A DNA stretch of 64,000 nucleotides from an uncultured Thermodesulfobacteriota bacterium (GTDB lineage Bacteria > Desulfobacterota > DSWW01), in assembly GCA_964479535.1 (NCBI GenBank), contig CAYZMM010000003.1:193467-257466 (forward strand), written 5' to 3'. Below, piece by piece: positions 9,295-20,107 of the stretch; positions within the stretch are counted from its first letter, which is position 1; every line of letters begins with the position of its first letter. The position numbers and the translations under genes were made by a program. Under the pieces are notes generated by a model. The model had not been told where the DNA came from. It did not search any database and saw only the letters and a program-made list of their open reading frames with translations.

Positions 9295-10671
9295 ATGTTG
9301 GAATCGTCCACCATCGAACAATTCTCGGCCCCTCAACTCGGACGACTCATCACGCCCGAAGACGCCGACTATGACGACGCTCGAAAGATCTACAACGCCA
9401 TGATCGACAAACGGCCGCGGCTCATCGCCCAGTGCGCCGACATCGCAGACGTGATGGCGGCCTTGAGGTTCGGACGCGAACACGATCTGGAAACGGCCAT
9501 CCGCGGAGGCGGACACAACGGACCGGGTCTGGCCCTCGTGGACGGCGGCCTGGTCATCGATCTCTCTCCCATGAAGGGCATCCGCGTGGATCCGGATGCG
9601 AAGACCGTGCGCGTCGAGCCGGGCTGCCGCTGGGCAGAGGTCGACCACGCCACCCACGCCTTCGGAATGGCCACGGTCAGCGGAATCATCTCGAACACCG
9701 GCGTGGGCGGGCTGACCCTGGGCGGGGGCCACGGCTATCTGACCCGCAAACACGGCCTCACCATCGACAATCTGCTCAGCGCCGATGTCCTGCTGGCGGA
9801 CGGAAGGCTCGTTCATGCGAGCGAGGAGGAGAACCCGGACCTCTTCTGGGGGCTGCGGGGAGGAGGCGGGAATTTCGGCATCGTCACTTCCTTCGAGTTC
9901 CGCCTTCACCCGGTGGACACGGTGATCGGGGGGCCCATGTTCTGGCCCATCGAGGAACTGGAGCCCACGCTTCGCTGGTACCGGGACTGGCTGCCGGGGC
10001 AGCCGGACGACATTTACGCCTTCTATCTTTCCGCTGAAGTGCCTGCGGGAGAGCCCTTCCCGGAAGAGATTCACGGCAGGAAGGTCTGCGGCCTCGTGTG
10101 GTGCTGCACCGGCCCGGAGGAGCAGGCCCAGGCGGCGATCCAGGAGGCGAGGAAGTCGGCCCAGCCGATCTTTCGGCACATCGGGCCGATCCCCTACCCG
10201 ACACTCCAGGGGATGCACGACGGCATCTATCCGCCCGGGCAACAGTGGTACTGGAAGGGCGACTTCGTACGGCAGATCACGGACGAGGCGCTCGACGAAC
10301 ACCGGCGTCACGCCGAGGTCCCGAACGATCTTTCCACCATGCACCTCTACCCCGTGAACGGCGCCGCGCACGAGGTCGGCAGAGACGAGACCGCGTGGGG
10401 CTATCGCGACGCGAACTGGTCCATGGTGATCGCCGGCGTTTCCAGGGACCCGAGCGGCAACGGGAAGACCATACAGTGGGCAAAGGACTACTGGCAGGCC
10501 CTGCACCCGCACTCGGCGGGCGGCTCCTACATCAACTTCATGATGGAGGAGGGCAAGGATCGGATCCAGGCCACCTACGGCGGCAACTACGAACGTCTGC
10601 GCGAGATCAAGGCGAAGTACGATCCGGACAACTTCTTCCACGTGAATCAGAACATCGAGCCCGCAGCCTAG
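9295..10671 (+). CDS. FAD-linked oxidase, berberine-bridge-enzyme-like
   Basis: FAD_binding_4 motif GGGHNGPG. C-terminal BBE motif YGGNYERLREIKAKYDPDNFF. AAGGAGGA RBS. Confidence 0.8.
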   Translation: MLESSTIEQFSAPQLGRLITPEDADYDDARKIYNAMIDKRPRLIAQCADIADVMAALRFGREHDLETAIRGGGHNGPGLALVDGGLVIDLSPMKGIRVDPDAKTVRVEPGCRWAEVDHATHAFGMATVSGIISNTGVGGLTLGGGHGYLTRKHGLTIDNLLSADVLLADGRLVHASEEENPDLFWGLRGGGGNFGIVTSFEFRLHPVDTVIGGPMFWPIEELEPTLRWYRDWLPGQPDDIYAFYLSAEVPAGEPFPEEIHGRKVCGLVWCCTGPEEQAQAAIQEARKSAQPIFRHIGPIPYPTLQGMHDGIYPPGQQWYWKGDFVRQITDEALDEHRRHAEVPNDLSTMHLYPVNGAAHEVGRDETAWGYRDANWSMVIAGVSRDPSGNGKTIQWAKDYWQALHPHSAGGSYINFMMEEGKDRIQATYGGNYERLREIKAKYDPDNFFHVNQNIEPAA

Positions 10672-10703
10672 CAGTGCAGGAAACGTTGCACGACCCCAAG
10701 GAG

Positions 10704-10720
10704 TGTGCCGATCATGCACA
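10704..10720. promoter_or_regulatory. TGTGC-N7-GCACA palindromic site ~200 nt upstream of narG
   Basis: tgtgccgatcatgcaca read directly. Member of the recurring motif family. Confidence 0.5.
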
Positions 10721-10916
10721 GCTGCCCCGCTCCTTGGGGGTTGTGTACCGATCCTTCACGGTCCGGGTGACCCTCTCGCAGCCACCGCCTCGGCCGCTGC
10801 TGTCCTGAATCACACCCGGTTCGAGCCGTCCCGGACGCCTGGGGAGGAATGAACCCCTGGCATGGCCCTTGCTGTGGAGGGCGTGGGAACAAAGCCCGCA
10901 ACCTCCCGGAGGCGCC

Positions 10917-13900
10917 ATGCCCGTTCGTATTCCTTTCGAGAATCTCCGTTATCTGAAGAACCTGAGCGGAAAGGGGCGCAACCCCGTGGAGAAGATCTCC
11001 CGCGGCTGGGCCGAGATACGCACCGGCCAGCGCGACTGGGAGGATCTGTACCGGAGGCGCTGGCAGCACGACAAGGTCGTGCGTTCCACCCACGGCGTCA
11101 ACTGCACCGGCTCCTGCTCCTGGAACGTGTTCGTGAAAGACGGCATCGTGGTCTGGGAAACCCAGAAGGTGGACTACCCGGGCTGCGGTGAGGACATGCC
11201 GGATCACGAGCCGCGGGGCTGCCCCAGAGGCTCCACCGCCTCCTGGTACGTGTACAGCCCGGCCCGGGTCCGCTACCCCTACATGCGCTCCGCCCTCTAC
11301 GAACTCTGGCAGGCCGCGCTCGAGGAGAGCACGGATCCGGTGGCCGCGTGGGAATCGATCACCTCGGACCCCGAAAAGGCCCGGCGATACAAGGAGGCGA
11401 GAGGCCAGGGCGGGCTGGTTCGTGTCCCGTGGGACACGGCCCTGGACCTGATCGCAGCCTCCCTGGTTTGCACCATCAAACGAGACGGCCCGGATCGCAT
11501 CTTCGGCTTCACCCCCATTCCGGCCATGTCCATGGTCTCCTATGCCTCGGGCGCTCGGTTCCTCTCCCTGATCGGCGCCCCCATGATCAGCTTCTACGAC
11601 TGGTACTGCGACCTGCCCCCGGCCTCTCCCCAGGTCTGGGGCGATCAGACCGACGTGCCGGAGAGCGCGGACTGGTACAACGCCACCTACATGATCGTCT
11701 GGGGAACGAACCTTCCCATGACCCGGTCTCCGGACGCACACTTCTATGCGGAGGCCCGGTACCGTGGAGCCAAGGTGGTGGCGGTGGCGCCGGACTACGC
11801 CGAGTACGTGAAGTTCGCCGACACGTGGCTGCCGGCAAGGGCCGGCACCGACGGCGCGCTCGCCATGGCCATGACCTTCGTCGTGCTGAAGGAGTTCTAT
11901 CTGGACCAACCCTGCGAGCCTTTCATCGCATACGCGAAAAGGTACACGGACCTGCCCTTCCTCGTGGTTCTGGATGGATCCCGGGACCGCCTGGTGCCCG
12001 AACGTTTCCTTCGCGCCTCGGATCTCGGAAGCGGTTGGGAACAGGGCGAATGGAAGACCGTTCTCTTCGACGGGCTGCGCGGCGGATTCGCCGTGCCGAA
12101 CGGAAGCATCGGTTTCCGGTGGGATCGGAGCGGACGCTGGAACCTGGATCTGGTCGACGCCTCCACGGGCGGGCCGGTGGACCCGCTTCTCTCCCTGGAG
12201 GGTGAAACCGACGAGTGGGCCCCGGTCACCTTCCCCCTCTTCCACGGCGGGGAGCGAGGGGGCCGTGCAACCCGGACGGGTGCCGTGCCTGTGAAGCGGG
12301 TGAGCCTTTCGGGCCGGGAGGTGCTCGTCACGACCGTGTTCGACCTCCTGGCTGCGAACCTCGGCATCGACCGGGGAAAGGGCGGAGACGCTGCGAAGGA
12401 CTACGATGAGCCCCTCGCTTACACGCCCGCCTGGCAGGAGCCGATCACCGGTGTTCCGAAAGAGGCGGTGATCCGGGTCGCCCGCGAGTTCGCCGACAAT
12501 GCGCGGAAGACCGGCGGCAGGTCGATGATCTTCCTGGGTGCGGGAACCAATCACTGGTATCACTCCGACATGATCTACCGCACGATCCTGAACCTGACGA
12601 CCCTGTGCGGTTGCCAGGGCGTCAACGGGGGCGGCTGGGCCCATTACGTGGGCCAGGAAAAGGTGCGGCCCCTTGCCGGATGGTCCACCCTCGCCTTCGG
12701 GCTGGACTGGTCCCGGCCGCCCCGCTTCCAGAACGGGACCTCCTTCTACTACTTCGCCACCGACCAGTGGCGCTACGAGACCATCGACGGAAGCCGCATC
12801 GCCTCCCCCCTGGCCGGAGGCGATGCCCACCGCCATCTTGCCGATTTCAACGTGATCGCCGCACGTCTCGGCTGGCTGCCCGCATACCCCCAGTTCGATC
12901 GCAACCCGCTCGACATCTGCAGAGAGGCGGTGGAGGACGGCGCGTCTTCGGACGAGGAGATCGTCGCGTGGGTGGTGGACAGGCTCAAGTCCGGAGAGCT
13001 CAGCTTTTCTCTGGAAGATCCGGACAGCCCCCGGAACCACCCGAAGGTGCTGTTCCTGTGGCGCGCCAATCTCCTGGGGGCGAGCGCGAAGGGTCACGAG
13101 TACTTTCTCAAGCACCTGCTCGGCTGCCGGAACGCGGTCTCACCGGTGCACGAGGGCAAGGAGCGCCCCCGGGAGGTCCGCTGGCGTGACCCGGCACCCG
13201 AGGGGAAGCTCGACCTGCTGGTGACGCTCGAGATCCGCATGTCCACGAGCGCACTGTACGCGGACGTGGTGCTTCCCTCGGGCGGGTGGTACGAGATGCA
13301 CGATCTGAGCAGCACGGACCTCCACCCCTTCATCCACCCTTTCAACCCTGCCATCGACCCTCCCTGGGAGGCCCGGACGAACTGGGACCAGTTCCGGTCC
13401 GTTGCAGAGAGGTTCTCCGACCTGGCCGCCCGACACCTGGGAGAGGAAAAGGACCTGGTGGCGACGGCGCTCATGCACGATACGCCGGACGAGCTGGCAC
13501 AGCCCCTCGGCCGGGTGCGGGAATGGAAGAGGGGCGAGGTCGAGCCCGTTCCCGGCAAGACCCTCCCCAACCTGACCGTGGTGACCCGGAACTACCCGGA
13601 GGTCTACCGGAAGATGACCTCCCTGGGTCCCCTGGTCGCTGAGAAGGGCGTGGGCGCAAAGGGGGTTTCCTGGTCGGCCGCCGAGGAGTACGAAGAGCTG
13701 AAAGGAAGGCTGGGGGTCGTGAAGACCCCGGGGGTCTCGCAGGGGATGCCGGAGCTCTTCACCGGAAAGCAGGCGGCCGAGGCGATTCTGGGCCTGTCCC
13801 CGGAGACGAACGGCCGGGTGTCCCTGAAGGCGTGGGAGGCCCTGGAGGAAACCACGGGCGGGAGTCACGGGCACCTGTCCAGGGAGCGGGAAGGGGATCG

Positions 13901-14627
13901 GATGACCTTCGAGGACCTGAACGCCCAGCCGCGGGTGGTCATCACGAGCCCCGTGTGGAGCGGCTCCGAGACCGCAGGCCGACGATACGCCCCCTTCACG
14001 ATCAACGTGGAGGAGAAGGTCCCCTTCCGCACCCTCACGGGACGCGCCCAGTTCTACCTGGACCACGAGTGGATGCGTCAGTTCGGCGAATCCCTTCCGG
14101 TGTACCGCCCTCCCCTGGACATGCAGGCGCTGGGGTCGACCGAACGGGCCCGGGACAACGGGCGGGAGATCGTGCTGAACTACCTGACGCCCCACTCGAA
14201 GTGGTCCATCCACAGCACCTTCTCGGAAAACCCCCTCATGCTCACCCTGTTCCGGGCCGGGGAGGCGATCTGGATCAGCCGGGAGGACGCCGAGGAACTC
14301 GGAGCGGGCGACGGAGAATGGCTCGAGTGCTTCAACGTGAACGGGGTCGTCATGGCCAAGGCCGTGGTGAGCCACCGGATCCCGAGGGGCAAGGCGTTCA
14401 TGTACCACGCCCAGGAAAGGCTCATCAACGTGCCGGGGTCCCGCATGTCCGGGCAGAGGGGAGGCACCCACAACAGCGTGACCCGGATTCTGGTCAAGCC
14501 GACACAGATGATCGGCGGGTACGCGCAGCTGAGTTACGGATTCAACTACTACGGGCCGACGGGTGCTCAGCGGGACGAGGTAATCGTGGTCCGGAAGGCC
14601 GGGGAGGTCGACTGGTATGAGAGTTAA
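10917..14627 (+). CDS. narG: respiratory nitrate reductase alpha subunit
   Basis: 1236 aa. N-terminal HGVNCTGSCSW [4Fe-4S] motif, molybdopterin oxidoreductase domains. GGAGG RBS. Confidence 0.95.
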   Translation: MPVRIPFENLRYLKNLSGKGRNPVEKISRGWAEIRTGQRDWEDLYRRRWQHDKVVRSTHGVNCTGSCSWNVFVKDGIVVWETQKVDYPGCGEDMPDHEPRGCPRGSTASWYVYSPARVRYPYMRSALYELWQAALEESTDPVAAWESITSDPEKARRYKEARGQGGLVRVPWDTALDLIAASLVCTIKRDGPDRIFGFTPIPAMSMVSYASGARFLSLIGAPMISFYDWYCDLPPASPQVWGDQTDVPESADWYNATYMIVWGTNLPMTRSPDAHFYAEARYRGAKVVAVAPDYAEYVKFADTWLPARAGTDGALAMAMTFVVLKEFYLDQPCEPFIAYAKRYTDLPFLVVLDGSRDRLVPERFLRASDLGSGWEQGEWKTVLFDGLRGGFAVPNGSIGFRWDRSGRWNLDLVDASTGGPVDPLLSLEGETDEWAPVTFPLFHGGERGGRATRTGAVPVKRVSLSGREVLVTTVFDLLAANLGIDRGKGGDAAKDYDEPLAYTPAWQEPITGVPKEAVIRVAREFADNARKTGGRSMIFLGAGTNHWYHSDMIYRTILNLTTLCGCQGVNGGGWAHYVGQEKVRPLAGWSTLAFGLDWSRPPRFQNGTSFYYFATDQWRYETIDGSRIASPLAGGDAHRHLADFNVIAARLGWLPAYPQFDRNPLDICREAVEDGASSDEEIVAWVVDRLKSGELSFSLEDPDSPRNHPKVLFLWRANLLGASAKGHEYFLKHLLGCRNAVSPVHEGKERPREVRWRDPAPEGKLDLLVTLEIRMSTSALYADVVLPSGGWYEMHDLSSTDLHPFIHPFNPAIDPPWEARTNWDQFRSVAERFSDLAARHLGEEKDLVATALMHDTPDELAQPLGRVREWKRGEVEPVPGKTLPNLTVVTRNYPEVYRKMTSLGPLVAEKGVGAKGVSWSAAEEYEELKGRLGVVKTPGVSQGMPELFTGKQAAEAILGLSPETNGRVSLKAWEALEETTGGSHGHLSREREGDRMTFEDLNAQPRVVITSPVWSGSETAGRRYAPFTINVEEKVPFRTLTGRAQFYLDHEWMRQFGESLPVYRPPLDMQALGSTERARDNGREIVLNYLTPHSKWSIHSTFSENPLMLTLFRAGEAIWISREDAEELGAGDGEWLECFNVNGVVMAKAVVSHRIPRGKAFMYHAQERLINVPGSRMSGQRGGTHNSVTRILVKPTQMIGGYAQLSYGFNYYGPTGAQRDEVIVVRKAGEVDWYES

Positions 14628-16041
14628 GGCGCAGTTCGCCATGGTCATGAACCTGGACAAGTGCATCGGCTGCCACACGTGCAGCATCCCCTGCAAGAAC
14701 GTCTGGACGAACCGGCCCGGGACCGAGTACATCTGGTTCAACAACGTGGAAACGAAGCCGGGGGTCGGATACCCGAAGGTCTGGGAGGACCAGGAGCGGT
14801 ACCGGGGCGGCTGGACGCGGAAGCACGGCAGGCTCCGGCTCCGGTCCGGAGGGAGGACCCGAAAGCTCGCTACGATCTTCTACAACCGGGATCTGCCCGA
14901 TCTGGACGCGTACTACGAGCCGTGGACCTACGACTACGAGAAGCTGGCGACGAGTCCGGCCCGGGAGCACCAGCCGGCCATTCGGCCCAGGTCCCTGATC
15001 ACCGGCCGGAACCTGGACGTGCGGTGGGGGCCGAACTGGGAGGACGACCTGGCAGGGGCGCCGGAGACGGGCGGACAGGACGTGAACTTCCGGGGTCTGG
15101 ATACGGAGAGCTACCTCCGGTTTCAGGACGTCTTCATGTTCTACCTCCCGCGGATCTGCGAGCACTGCCTGAACCCCTCCTGCGTCGCCTCATGCCCGTC
15201 CGGGGCCCTGTACAAGCGCGAAGAGGACGGGGTCGTTCTGGTCGACCAGGTCCGCTGCCGCGGATGGAGGTTCTGCGTGTCCGGGTGCCCCTACAAGAAG
15301 ACCTACTACAACTGGTCGAGCGGCACCTCGGTGAAGTGCCTCTTCTGCTACCCGAGAACGGAAGCCGGCATGAGCACGCTCTGCGCGGAAAGCTGTGTGG
15401 GACGTATCCGCTACGTGGGCGTGCTTCTCTACGATGCGGACCGTATCCGGGAGGCGGCATCCGCGCAGGAGGACCGACAGGTACTTCCGGCACACCTCTC
15501 CATCCTTCTGGACCCGAACGACCCGGACGTGGCGGCCCGGGGGCGGGCCGACGGCGTGCCGGAGACCTACCTGGACGCGGCCCGCAGATCGCCGGTCTAC
15601 CGGCTCATCGTGGAGTGGCGGCTGGCGCTTCCCCCGCACCCGGAGTACCGCACCCTTCCCATGGTCTGGTACGTCCCCCCCCTCAGCCCGATCGACCGGA
15701 AGGCCGACCCCGGCGCGACGGAGGGCACCCTGGACGACATGCGGATCCCGGTCCGCTACCTGGCGAACCTGCTGGCCGCCGGCGACCAGGCCCCGGTACG
15801 TTTCTCCCTCGCTCGCCTGCAGGCCCTTCGCCGAACCATGCGCTCGGTCCGGGTGGACGGCAAGCACGACAACCGAGCGATCGAGGAGGCGGGGCTCACG
15901 CCTTCCGAGGCGGAGCAGATGTTCCGCCTGCTGTCGATCGCCAAGTACCCGGAACGCTACGTGCTGCCCACGGCGCGACGCGAGCCGGCCGATGAGCCCG
16001 GCCGCCTCCAGGGGCGGGTCGGCTATCCGGAGGGCGCGTGA
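14617..16041 (+). CDS. narH: respiratory nitrate reductase beta subunit
   Basis: MRVKAQFAMVMNLDKCIGCHTCSIPCKNVW... four Fe-S cysteine clusters. Overlaps narG stop. Confidence 0.95.
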   Translation: MRVKAQFAMVMNLDKCIGCHTCSIPCKNVWTNRPGTEYIWFNNVETKPGVGYPKVWEDQERYRGGWTRKHGRLRLRSGGRTRKLATIFYNRDLPDLDAYYEPWTYDYEKLATSPAREHQPAIRPRSLITGRNLDVRWGPNWEDDLAGAPETGGQDVNFRGLDTESYLRFQDVFMFYLPRICEHCLNPSCVASCPSGALYKREEDGVVLVDQVRCRGWRFCVSGCPYKKTYYNWSSGTSVKCLFCYPRTEAGMSTLCAESCVGRIRYVGVLLYDADRIREAASAQEDRQVLPAHLSILLDPNDPDVAARGRADGVPETYLDAARRSPVYRLIVEWRLALPPHPEYRTLPMVWYVPPLSPIDRKADPGATEGTLDDMRIPVRYLANLLAAGDQAPVRFSLARLQALRRTMRSVRVDGKHDNRAIEEAGLTPSEAEQMFRLLSIAKYPERYVLPTARREPADEPGRLQGRVGYPEGA

Positions 16042-16592
16042 ACGAGGAAACCCGCACCCTGCTCCGTCTCCTTTCGTCGCTTCTCTCCTACCCCGGGGAA
16101 GACCTTTCGCCAGCCTTCGAGGAGAGCGTGAACGCCATGCCGGTGGCAAGGCTCCACGGACGCGCCTGGGAGACTTGCGCTCTGTTTCTGGCGCGTATGG
16201 ACCGGATACCCCTTCTGCAGCGAATGGAGACCTACACCGAGACCTTCGATTTCTCGCCGGGGGCCTGCCTGGACCTCACCCGCCACCGCTGGCCCGAGGA
16301 GCCCGCTCGGAGAAACGCCACCGCCCATCTCCACGAGATCTACAGGCAGGAGGGCTACGGCTGCTGCGCGCCTCAGATGCCGGACCATCTGCCGGTTCTG
16401 CTCGAGTTCCTGTCGGTCTGCTCCGGGGAAACCCGGCGCTGGATCGCAACCACCTACCGGGACTCGATTGCCGTCCTGGCCCGTCGCCTTCGGGAGAGCG
16501 CAAGCCCGTACGCCTGTCTGTTCCACCTGACCCTTTCCCTATTCGACTGGCTGCAAGTGCCGGAACAGGAAGCGATATGGACTGGAACCTGA
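16038..16592 (+). CDS. narJ: nitrate reductase molybdenum cofactor assembly chaperone
   Basis: 184 aa NarJ-like. GTGA overlap with narH. Confidence 0.8.
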   Translation: MNEETRTLLRLLSSLLSYPGEDLSPAFEESVNAMPVARLHGRAWETCALFLARMDRIPLLQRMETYTETFDFSPGACLDLTRHRWPEEPARRNATAHLHEIYRQEGYGCCAPQMPDHLPVLLEFLSVCSGETRRWIATTYRDSIAVLARRLRESASPYACLFHLTLSLFDWLQVPEQEAIWTGT

Positions 16593-17242
16593 TTCTCTTC
16601 GGAATCTTTCCCTACGCCGCGCTGACCGCTTTCGTGGTGGGACACCTCTACCGGTATGCAACCGACGCGGTGCACTGGAACGCCGGGTCGAGCGAGCTTC
16701 TCTCCAAGAAGAGCCTGGCCGCCGGCTCCTGGCTCTTCCACTGGGGCATGATCTTCGTACTGATCGGGCACGGCGGGGGCCTGCTGATCCCTCAAAGGGT
16801 CTACGATGCGGTCGGGATCGGGGCTGCCGCGCACATGCGGATCGCCTACTGGCTGGGCATCCCGATCGGGATCGTCTCCCTCGCCGGCATCGTTCTTCTT
16901 TCGTGCCGCCGTCTCTTCGCCAGGCGCGTCGCGGCCCAGACGAGCTTGAACGACGCCGCCACGCTGGCCCTTCTGTTCCTGGTCATCGGCGTCGGAACCT
17001 ACAACGTGTTCACCCACACCATGGTCCTCTACACCGTAGCTCCCTGGCTCCGAAGCATCCTCCTGCTGAATCCGGAGCCGGAGCTGATGCGATCGGCACC
17101 GGTCCTGTTCAAAGTGCACGTTCTCAGCGCATTCACCCTCTTCGGCTTCTGGCCCTTCAGCCGGCTGGTCCACGCCCTGAGCCTTCCCCTCACCTATCCC
17201 TTGCGGAGCTACATCGTTCTTCGGCGAAGAGGCCCGGCATGA
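16577..17242 (+). CDS. narI: respiratory nitrate reductase gamma subunit (di-heme b membrane anchor)
   Basis: MDWNLILFGIFPYAALTAFVVGHLYRY... with conserved His ligands. Embedded in a longer ORF-track frame; ATG 16577. Confidence 0.85.
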   Translation: MDWNLILFGIFPYAALTAFVVGHLYRYATDAVHWNAGSSELLSKKSLAAGSWLFHWGMIFVLIGHGGGLLIPQRVYDAVGIGAAAHMRIAYWLGIPIGIVSLAGIVLLSCRRLFARRVAAQTSLNDAATLALLFLVIGVGTYNVFTHTMVLYTVAPWLRSILLLNPEPELMRSAPVLFKVHVLSAFTLFGFWPFSRLVHALSLPLTYPLRSYIVLRRRGPA

Positions 17243-18564
17243 CGTCTCCGAAGGAAGACGCCGCAACGGTGGGGACGAAAGGAACCCCGGGGCAGGGATT
17301 GACCGGGGCAACCCTCGGATTCTTCTTCGGGTTTGCGTCGGTCGCCCTCTTCGGGCCCACGGCGGAGAAGCTCCGGCAGGCCATGGACCTCTCGGCCCTC
17401 CAGGTCGGGCTCCTGGTCGCCACCCCCTCCCTGACCGGCTCCCTGCTGCGAATCCCCTTTTCCGCATGGGTCGACACCACCGGGGGCCGCAAGCCTTTCC
17501 TCGTGCTTCTCTTCCTGTCGGGCCTGGGCATGGTGGGACTCTACTCGGTCGTGGCCTTTCTCTACCCGGACCGGCTCGATGCTTCCTACTACCCGGCGAT
17601 CCTCGCCCTGGGCGCCCTGTGCGGATGCGGAATCGCCACCTTCTCCGTGGGGATCACACAGGTCGCCTACTGGTTTCCGCCGAAACGGCACGGCACGGCC
17701 CTCGGAACCTATGCGGGGTTCGGAAACCTCGCCCCGGGTCTCTTCTCCTTTCTGCTCCCCGCGGCCCTGGCGGCCTGGGGACTCGCCCATGCATACCTGG
17801 GCTGGCTCGGCTTCCTCTTGCTGGGCACGTTGCTCTACGCCCTGCTCGGACGGAACGCCTGGTACTTCCAGCTGCGCCGCGGCGGCGTGGACCCGGAGGC
17901 GGCCCGCACCCGGGCGAAGAAGCTGGGCCAGGAGGTGTTCCCCTCCGAAAGGGCCGTGCAGGGGCTTGTCGCGTCGGCAGGAGTCTGGGAAACCTGGGCA
18001 TTGGTGGCGCTGTATTTCACGACCTTCGGCGGCTTCCTGGCGCTGACGGCCTGGCTGCCCACCTACTGGAACGCCTACCTGGGCTGCGGCATGGGAGCGG
18101 CCGGCTCCCTGACGGGGGTCTTCTCCCTGCTCGCTTCTCTCATCCGGGTGCTGGGCGGGGCCTGGTCCGACCGGTACGGAGGCGAGAAGACTGCGGCCCT
18201 CTCCCTGCTCGCGACGCTGCTCGGCGCCCTCCTCATGACCTTCGCCGGCACCCCGGCTCTGGCGGTCCTCGGTACGCTGCTCGTCGGCACCGGCATGGGC
18301 GTGAACAACGCCGCGGTCTTCAAGATGGTTCCTCAGTACGTGCGCAAGGCCGTGGGAGGGGCCTCGGGCTGGGTGGGCGGAGTCGGTGCCTTCGGTGGAT
18401 TCTGCCTGCCCCCGGTCATGGCCTTTTTTGTGGAGCGAATGGGCAGGATCGGGTACGCTAGAGGCTTCATCGTACTGGCGGCCCTCGCCGCCGGCAGCCT
18501 GGCACTGGTCTTCCTCCTGAAGAGGAAGGGGCGGCGGGAACCGGTCCTCGTGTACACCCGATGA
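17239..18564 (+). CDS. narK: MFS nitrate/nitrite transporter
   Basis: 12-TM MFS, glycine-rich NarK-type motifs. ATGA overlap with narI. Confidence 0.8.
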   Translation: MTSPKEDAATVGTKGTPGQGLTGATLGFFFGFASVALFGPTAEKLRQAMDLSALQVGLLVATPSLTGSLLRIPFSAWVDTTGGRKPFLVLLFLSGLGMVGLYSVVAFLYPDRLDASYYPAILALGALCGCGIATFSVGITQVAYWFPPKRHGTALGTYAGFGNLAPGLFSFLLPAALAAWGLAHAYLGWLGFLLLGTLLYALLGRNAWYFQLRRGGVDPEAARTRAKKLGQEVFPSERAVQGLVASAGVWETWALVALYFTTFGGFLALTAWLPTYWNAYLGCGMGAAGSLTGVFSLLASLIRVLGGAWSDRYGGEKTAALSLLATLLGALLMTFAGTPALAVLGTLLVGTGMGVNNAAVFKMVPQYVRKAVGGASGWVGGVGAFGGFCLPPVMAFFVERMGRIGYARGFIVLAALAAGSLALVFLLKRKGRREPVLVYTR

Positions 18565-18616
18565 TACGAGGCCCCCGTGGTCTTGCAGGCCCGCGAGGGA
18601 ACCGGGGGAGAGAGGA

Positions 18617-20107
18617 ATGAAAAGTGCGGGAGGTCCCGTGAGAATGCAGCGTTGGCTGGCGGCGTGGGCATTGGAGCGTGCGGCCGGGGGCCGGGTGCTC
18701 CGGTCCGGAAGCCGGCTGCTCTACAAGAGAGGCGTTCGGAGGACCCTGATCCGGCTCTTCGACCTTTGGCTTCGAAGAGGCAACGGCCCGCCCCACAGTG
18801 GGCCTCGAGGAGCCGGCGCCCGGATTCGACGGGAAAGAACCCTCATGGCGGCCGCCGTCTTCCGAACATTGGACAGGATGATCGAGCGACGGCTCATCTC
18901 GCCCCGGGTGCTCGCCGCGAGCGCCGAGCTGTGGGGACGCGCCTGGTCCCTGTCCGCCGGGAGGAATCTGAAGAGCCTTCGCTTTCGTGAAATCAACGGA
19001 AGCAGACCTCCCTGGTTCCTGGTGCTGAGCCCGGGCAATGCATGCGATCTGAAATGCAGCGGATGCTACGCGGACGCCGGAGGAGAGCCGGCCCTTCTGC
19101 CCTGGACCGTCTTGACCAGGCTCATGGCCGAGGCGAAGGAGCTCTGGGGGGTTCCCCTCTTCGTCTTCTCCGGAGGCGAGCCGCTCCTGTACCGTTCCCG
19201 GGGGAAGGGAGTCCTCGATGCGGTGGAGATGCATCCGGACTCCCTCTTCCTCATGTTCACCAACGGGACAGGAATCGACGAGGAGGTGGCCCGCAGGATG
19301 GCAGGGATGGGGAATGTCACCCCCGCCCTTTCCGTGGAGGGTCTGGAGGAGAGCACGGACGCAAGACGGGGAAAAGGCCAGTTCCGGCGCACTCTGGATG
19401 CCATGGCGAGGCTCAGGGAACAAGGTGTGCCCTTCGGCATCTCCGCGACGATCACGCGCGGCAATCTTGCCGAGATCCTGTCGGACCCCTTTCTGGATTT
19501 CTTCTTCGAGGAGCAGGGCGCGTTCTACGGCTTCCTGTTCCACTACATGCCCATCGGCAGAGGCGCGCGCCTGGAACGGATGCCCACTCCGGCCCAGCGC
19601 GTGGAGGTCTGGCAAAGGACATGGGAGGCCGTCGAAACGAAAGGGGTCTTCCTTTTCGACTTCTGGAACCACGGTACCATGGTGGGCGGCTGCATGTCTG
19701 CGGGCCGGGGAGGAGGATACCTTCACGTGGACTGGGGCGGACGGGTCATGCCCTGCGTCTTCACGCCTTACGCCGTCGCCAACATCCAGGAGGTCTACGC
19801 CCGGGGAGGCACGTTGAACCAGGTCTGGCAGGCCCCCTTCCTGCGGACCGTCAGGGAGTGGCAGCGTGCCTACGGATACACGGGCAGCTTCGCCCCGACA
19901 GCATCGGGGAACTGGTTGCGCCCCTGTCCGATCCGGGACCACTACCCCCTCTTTCGCAAGTGGCTGGAGGCGCACCGGCCGGAACCGCAGGACGAGACGG
20001 CCAGGAGGTCCTGCGAGAGCGATGCGTACCTGGAGGGCATGCGAGCATACGGGGAGGAGCTTCGCCGGCTGACCGAACCGATCTGGAAAGAGGGCTACCT
20101 CAAGTGA
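18617..20107 (+). CDS. radical SAM protein, function unknown
   Basis: CDLKCSGC (CxxxCxxC) after an Arg-rich N-terminal extension. GGEPLL and FxNGT motifs. GGAGAGAGGA RBS. Confidence 0.7.
   Translation: MKSAGGPVRMQRWLAAWALERAAGGRVLRSGSRLLYKRGVRRTLIRLFDLWLRRGNGPPHSGPRGAGARIRRERTLMAAAVFRTLDRMIERRLISPRVLAASAELWGRAWSLSAGRNLKSLRFREINGSRPPWFLVLSPGNACDLKCSGCYADAGGEPALLPWTVLTRLMAEAKELWGVPLFVFSGGEPLLYRSRGKGVLDAVEMHPDSLFLMFTNGTGIDEEVARRMAGMGNVTPALSVEGLEESTDARRGKGQFRRTLDAMARLREQGVPFGISATITRGNLAEILSDPFLDFFFEEQGAFYGFLFHYMPIGRGARLERMPTPAQRVEVWQRTWEAVETKGVFLFDFWNHGTMVGGCMSAGRGGGYLHVDWGGRVMPCVFTPYAVANIQEVYARGGTLNQVWQAPFLRTVREWQRAYGYTGSFAPTASGNWLRPCPIRDHYPLFRKWLEAHRPEPQDETARRSCESDAYLEGMRAYGEELRRLTEPIWKEGYLK

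Noticed and set aside
10673-10690. GTGCA-N8-TGCAC palindrome next to the narG-upstream TGTGC site, and TTCGCA-N6-TGCGAA at 4694-4711
   Set aside because: These are single occurrences of each pattern. They may be part of extended operators but are not independently recurrent, so they are not called as separate features.
10668-13115. 815-aa ORF antisense to narG, and many similar long antisense or alternate-frame ORFs (e.g. 674-2629+, 13140-14744-, 18467-19975-, 28540-31197+, 36977-39283-, 43500-45674-, 54069-57116+, 56824-58977+, 59725-62046+, 62002-63852-)
   Set aside because: Their composition is Arg/Gly/Pro-rich with low complexity and no domain-like motifs. Each lies exactly opposite a well-supported gene. 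This is typical stop-codon paucity in ~66% GC DNA.
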